Below, one piece after another: positions 27,514-30,776 of a stretch of DNA of 30,776 nt. Position 1 is the first letter of the stretch; each line of letters begins with the position of its first letter. A model generated the notes under the pieces. It did no database searches. It had not been told where the DNA came from and worked only from the letters and a program-made list of their open reading frames with translations. The stretch is taken from the IMG/VR virus record IMGVR_UViG_3300034112_002752, positions 1-30,776 of that record. The stretch is one strand, 5' to 3'. The stretch comes from a virus (Duplodnaviria; Caudoviricetes). The position numbers and the translations under genes were made by a program.

Positions 27514-27930
27514 ATGGCAAACAAATTTAAAAAAATAGAAGAATCTTTAAATATAGAAACCTCAATTGTTTCTGTAGTAGATTCTGCTGAACTTTCTACA
27601 TCAGAAACTTCAAATGACCCACAAAAAGATTATGAGTATAGTAGAGGACAACTGTATAGTTTAATCTCAAAGGGACAAGAAGCAGTTGATGGCATATTAG
27701 AAATTGCTCAAGAATCTGGTCACCCAAGAGCATTTGAAGTTGCAGGTCAATTAATCAAATCTGTTGCAGATACCACAGATAAATTGATTGATTTACAAAA
27801 GAAAATGAGAGAGTTAGATGCTCCCCAAAAAGGTCCTACAACAGTTAACAACTCACTTTTTGTTGGGTCTACTGCAGAGTTATCCAAACTTATAAAGCAA
27901 GGTCTGCTAAATAGTGCAGAAGAATCATAA
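27514..27930 (+). CDS. gp16: terminase small subunit gp16
   Basis: KDYEYSRGQLYSLI.KGQEA.DGILE.A..S.HPRAFEVAGQLIKSVAD.TDKL.DLQKK and NNSLFVGST.EL. Confidence 0.95.
   Translation: MANKFKKIEESLNIETSIVSVVDSAELSTSETSNDPQKDYEYSRGQLYSLISKGQEAVDGILEIAQESGHPRAFEVAGQLIKSVADTTDKLIDLQKKMRELDAPQKGPTTVNNSLFVGSTAELSKLIKQGLLNSAEES
27907..27913 (+). promoter_or_regulatory. late promoter-like CTAAATA in the 3' end of gp16, upstream of the mosaic gene
   Basis: TAAATA core about 23 nt before ATG 27937, similar spacing to the other late promoters in the window. Confidence 0.55.
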
Positions 27931-27936
27931 TATGTA

Positions 27937-29322
27937 ATGAGAGATCCAAAAGGACCTGTAAAATCATACAAGACCCCAAAGGAAATCGCTGCAAAGCATA
28001 ATGTTCCTTTGGATAAAATTATTCAACAGGTTAAAATGGGAACTAAAGTTGAAGGTGAGCATACCACAAGTAAAGGTGGTGCAAAGATTACTGCATTACA
28101 GCATGTAGATGAACTTCCAGATTATTATTCAAAATTAAAGAAAATTGAAAAAATTAAAGAAGGTTCTCTTCATCAGTGGTTTAAAGGTTCTAAGTCAAAA
28201 GACGGAAAACCAGGATGGGTCCAATCAGATGGTTCTTCATGTGCAAATGAACCAGGAGAAACAAAAACACCAAAATGTTTCTCAAGTTCAAAATTAGCAA
28301 GCATGTCTAAAAGTGAAATTAGATCTGCAGTAAAAAGAAAAAGACAACAAGATCCAGGTCAACAGCAAAAAAGTGGTGCTGCAAAACCAACTTATGTTTC
28401 TACAGATAAACCAGAAAAGAAAATGAACGAAGAATCAGACGTCAAAAGTAAAGGTAGTGGCGAAAAAGATGCTTGCTACCACAAAGTAAAAGCAAGATTC
28501 AAAGTTTGGCCAAGTGCATATGCATCAGGAGCTCTTGTTAAGTGTAGACAAAAGGGTGCTAAAAACTGGGGAAACAAATCAGAGGAAGTAAGTGTAGAAC
28601 AGCAATATGAAAAAGATACAAAATATTGTCTTCTTTGCAAAAAGAACGAAAAAAGAGATGAATGTTCTTATGGTCCTCAAATGTGGGATAGGTATACTAT
28701 AGCAAAAATTCATCCTGCCAATGAATCAAAGATTCATGAGGATCATAAAGAAGTTGCTTCTGGAAAGAAGAAAGATGAAGAAGGATACATGGCAAGAGTT
28801 GAGTTTGATCAAATTGAGAGAGCAATTAATATTTTAAGAAAACATATTAAGAAAGGAGATCAACAAATTCCTGCTTGGGTTCAATCTAAGATTACAAGAG
28901 CAGCAGATTTTATTGATACTGCAGCAGAATATATGCAGAGTGATGAGGATATATCTGAAGCATGTTGGCAAGGATACAAGCAAGTTGGAATGAAGAAAAA
29001 AGGTAAGAAAATGGTTCCAAATTGTGTTCCTGCAAATGAAGATACTTGTTTGACATTTTCACAATTTATGGCAGAAGTTGCTGCATGGCAAAGAAAAGAA
29101 GGTAAGAATCAATCTGGTGGTCTGAATGAAAAAGGTAGAAAATCATATGAGAGGGAGAATCCAGGGTCAGACCTCAAATCACCTTCAAAAAAAGTAGGCA
29201 ACCCTCGTAGAGCATCATTCTGTGCTCGTATGTCTGGGATGAAGAAAAAGTTAACTTCAGCAAAAACTGCCAATGATCCAAATAGCAGAATTAACAAATC
29301 CTTAAGAGCTTGGAATTGCTGA
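27937..29322 (+). CDS. Lys-rich multi-module protein, putative internal-head polyprotein (461 aa)
   Basis: About seven short, compositionally distinct modules joined by linkers ending in IKE, MNEE, KSEE/VSVE, IHE, ISE and FMAE. Confidence 0.75.
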   Translation: MRDPKGPVKSYKTPKEIAAKHNVPLDKIIQQVKMGTKVEGEHTTSKGGAKITALQHVDELPDYYSKLKKIEKIKEGSLHQWFKGSKSKDGKPGWVQSDGSSCANEPGETKTPKCFSSSKLASMSKSEIRSAVKRKRQQDPGQQQKSGAAKPTYVSTDKPEKKMNEESDVKSKGSGEKDACYHKVKARFKVWPSAYASGALVKCRQKGAKNWGNKSEEVSVEQQYEKDTKYCLLCKKNEKRDECSYGPQMWDRYTIAKIHPANESKIHEDHKEVASGKKKDEEGYMARVEFDQIERAINILRKHIKKGDQQIPAWVQSKITRAADFIDTAAEYMQSDEDISEACWQGYKQVGMKKKGKKMVPNCVPANEDTCLTFSQFMAEVAAWQRKEGKNQSGGLNEKGRKSYERENPGSDLKSPSKKVGNPRRASFCARMSGMKKKLTSAKTANDPNSRINKSLRAWNC

Positions 29323-29323
29323 T

Positions 29324-29638
29324 ATGAAAAGTTATAAACAGTTTCTTTCAGAAAGTATCAATATTCAAGGTGACTTTAATGGAACCCTGAATATTGGATC
29401 ACAACCATCTCCACAACAAGTGGGAGAAGAATTCTCTGTTGATTTTGTGTGGCAAGGAAGCATTTATAGAGTTGATATGATTTCAGAGCATGGAATTCCC
29501 TCAAAAGATAAACTTGTAGAGCATCTTCAAAGAGAGTATCCTGGAGCAATTATACATAACATATATCCAGCAACTCAAAAAGTAGAAAACATAACTAAAG
29601 TTAGCAGGTATCATCCAGCAAAATTAGAATGGATTTGA
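29324..29638 (+). CDS. 104-aa protein with N-terminal capsid-targeting-like sequence; putative internal head protein
   Basis: Begins MKSYKQFLSE, compared with the T4 internal-protein targeting sequence MKTYQEFIAE. Confidence 0.7.
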   Translation: MKSYKQFLSESINIQGDFNGTLNIGSQPSPQQVGEEFSVDFVWQGSIYRVDMISEHGIPSKDKLVEHLQREYPGAIIHNIYPATQKVENITKVSRYHPAKLEWI

Positions 29639-29641
29639 TTC

Positions 29642-30776
29642 ATGGCACAATGGAATATTCAAACTCAAGATTATCTAAATCAAGAGAGATCTCTTTTTGA
29701 GGTTTTTAATGTTGCAACAAAAGATGGAGTAGAAGTATCTACAGATAATCCATTTCCAGTCACAGGAACTGTTGGGATTTCATCAGATACTCTTATTACT
29801 ATCAATCCAGATACAAATGCTGTTGATGCATTTGGTAGAAATAGAGTTTCTGAACCATTTACTCTTGGTGATTATAAGCACCTTTATGCTATTGACCCAA
29901 ACTTTTTAGATAGTGTTTCTGGTGCTGGTTCAACAGTAACATTTTTACAAAATCAAGCAGCAGCAAAATTACAAACTGGTATTGGATCTACTGCATTTAG
30001 TATTCACCAAACAAAGTTTTATCATCACTATCAGCCAGGAAAAGGACAACTAATTTTTAGTTCTTTTAACTTTTATGCTCCTCAACAAAATGCAACTAAA
30101 AGAACTGGATATTTTGATGATAGAGACGGAATTTATTTTGAACAGGTTGGTCTTAATACTTCTGATGGAATAAATCCTGGTATTGGAACAAACAATTGGG
30201 TAATCAGAACTTTTGTAAGTGGAATTGCAACAGAAACAAGAATTCCACAATCACAATGGAACAGAGATAAATGTGATGGAACAGGAACTTCTGGGTTCAA
30301 TTTAGATATTACAAAAACTCAACTTGCATTTATAGATTTTCAGTGGTTAGGTGTTGGTAGAGTTCGTTGTGGATTTGCTCATAATGGGCAACTTATCACC
30401 GCACACGAATTTAACCATTCCAACTATCAGAGCACAGTTTATATTGCAAATCCAAACCTACCAGTTCGTTGTGAACTCCGAAATACTGGTGTAGGTATTG
30501 GAGCATCATTTGATCAGATTTGTTCTTCTGTGATGTCAGAAGGTGGATATGTAGAAAGTGGTATTGACTTTGCTTATACAATGACTGCTACAAGAACCAC
30601 ACCAACACCAGCAGGAACAGAACTTCCTTTGGTTGCCATTCGTCTCAAAAATATTTTTCAGGGATATCCAAATAGAATATCAGTTAAATTGAATAATATT
30701 TCATTATTCTGTGAAACAAATAGTATTGTTTATAAAGTTATAAAACTTCCAAGTTCTGCTTATTTGAGTAATGCGG
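29642..30776 (+). CDS. conserved beta-rich putative virion protein, partial (runs off the window end); not in ORF track
   Basis: Open from ATG 29642 to the end of the window (at least 378 codons): MAQWNIQTQDYLNQERSLFEV...DAFGRNRVSEPFTL...YQPGKG...KRTGYFDD..GIYFE...DFQWLGVGRVRCGF...NLPVRCE...ICSSVMSEGG. Confidence 0.8.
   Translation, partial: MAQWNIQTQDYLNQERSLFEVFNVATKDGVEVSTDNPFPVTGTVGISSDTLITINPDTNAVDAFGRNRVSEPFTLGDYKHLYAIDPNFLDSVSGAGSTVTFLQNQAAAKLQTGIGSTAFSIHQTKFYHHYQPGKGQLIFSSFNFYAPQQNATKRTGYFDDRDGIYFEQVGLNTSDGINPGIGTNNWVIRTFVSGIATETRIPQSQWNRDKCDGTGTSGFNLDITKTQLAFIDFQWLGVGRVRCGFAHNGQLITAHEFNHSNYQSTVYIANPNLPVRCELRNTGVGIGASFDQICSSVMSEGGYVESGIDFAYTMTATRTTPTPAGTELPLVAIRLKNIFQGYPNRISVKLNNISLFCETNSIVYKVIKLPSSAYLSNA

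Noticed and set aside
1052-30250. All minus-strand ORFs in the track (60-102 aa)
   Set aside because: Each lies antisense to well-supported plus-strand genes and has no recognisable motif; they are shadow ORFs
1-30776. tRNA, CRISPR array, intron, intein, homing endonuclease or alternative genetic code
   Set aside because: No cloverleaf or repeat-spacer pattern fits the very short intergenic gaps; no LAGLIDADG, GIY-YIG, HNH or intein motifs were noticed; genes read through in the standard code, and the single in-frame TAA does not indicate recoding

Overview
An AT-rich, gene-dense, all plus-strand segment of a T4-like myovirus, most likely a cyanophage (Kyanoviridae-type gene order). A short block of small and conserved hypothetical genes, including a GT-A-fold glycosyltransferase-like gene, is followed by the late virion module. 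That module runs gp25, gp6, a giant gp7-like baseplate gene apparently split into two in-frame ORFs, gp8, a 2152-aa VrlC/DUF4815-type virion protein, two small ORFs, gp13, gp14, gp15 and gp16. After gp16 come accessory genes, and gp17 is not reached in the window. Five ORFs missing from the supplied track were found by hand translation (102-272, 1359-1532, 1536-1679, 24215-24391, 29642-end). The most notable items are: (i) a 461-aa mosaic protein that looks like a polyprotein of small basic or Cys-paired modules separated by T4 gp21-type (hydrophobic-X-E) cleavage sites, next to a gene starting with a T4 capsid-targeting-like sequence; (ii) an unannotated NblA-like ORF in the structural operon; (iii) the in-frame TAA-ATG junction in the gp7-like gene; (iv) two hairpins that would sequester ribosome-binding sites. 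All family assignments come from motif recognition and synteny, not from database searches.
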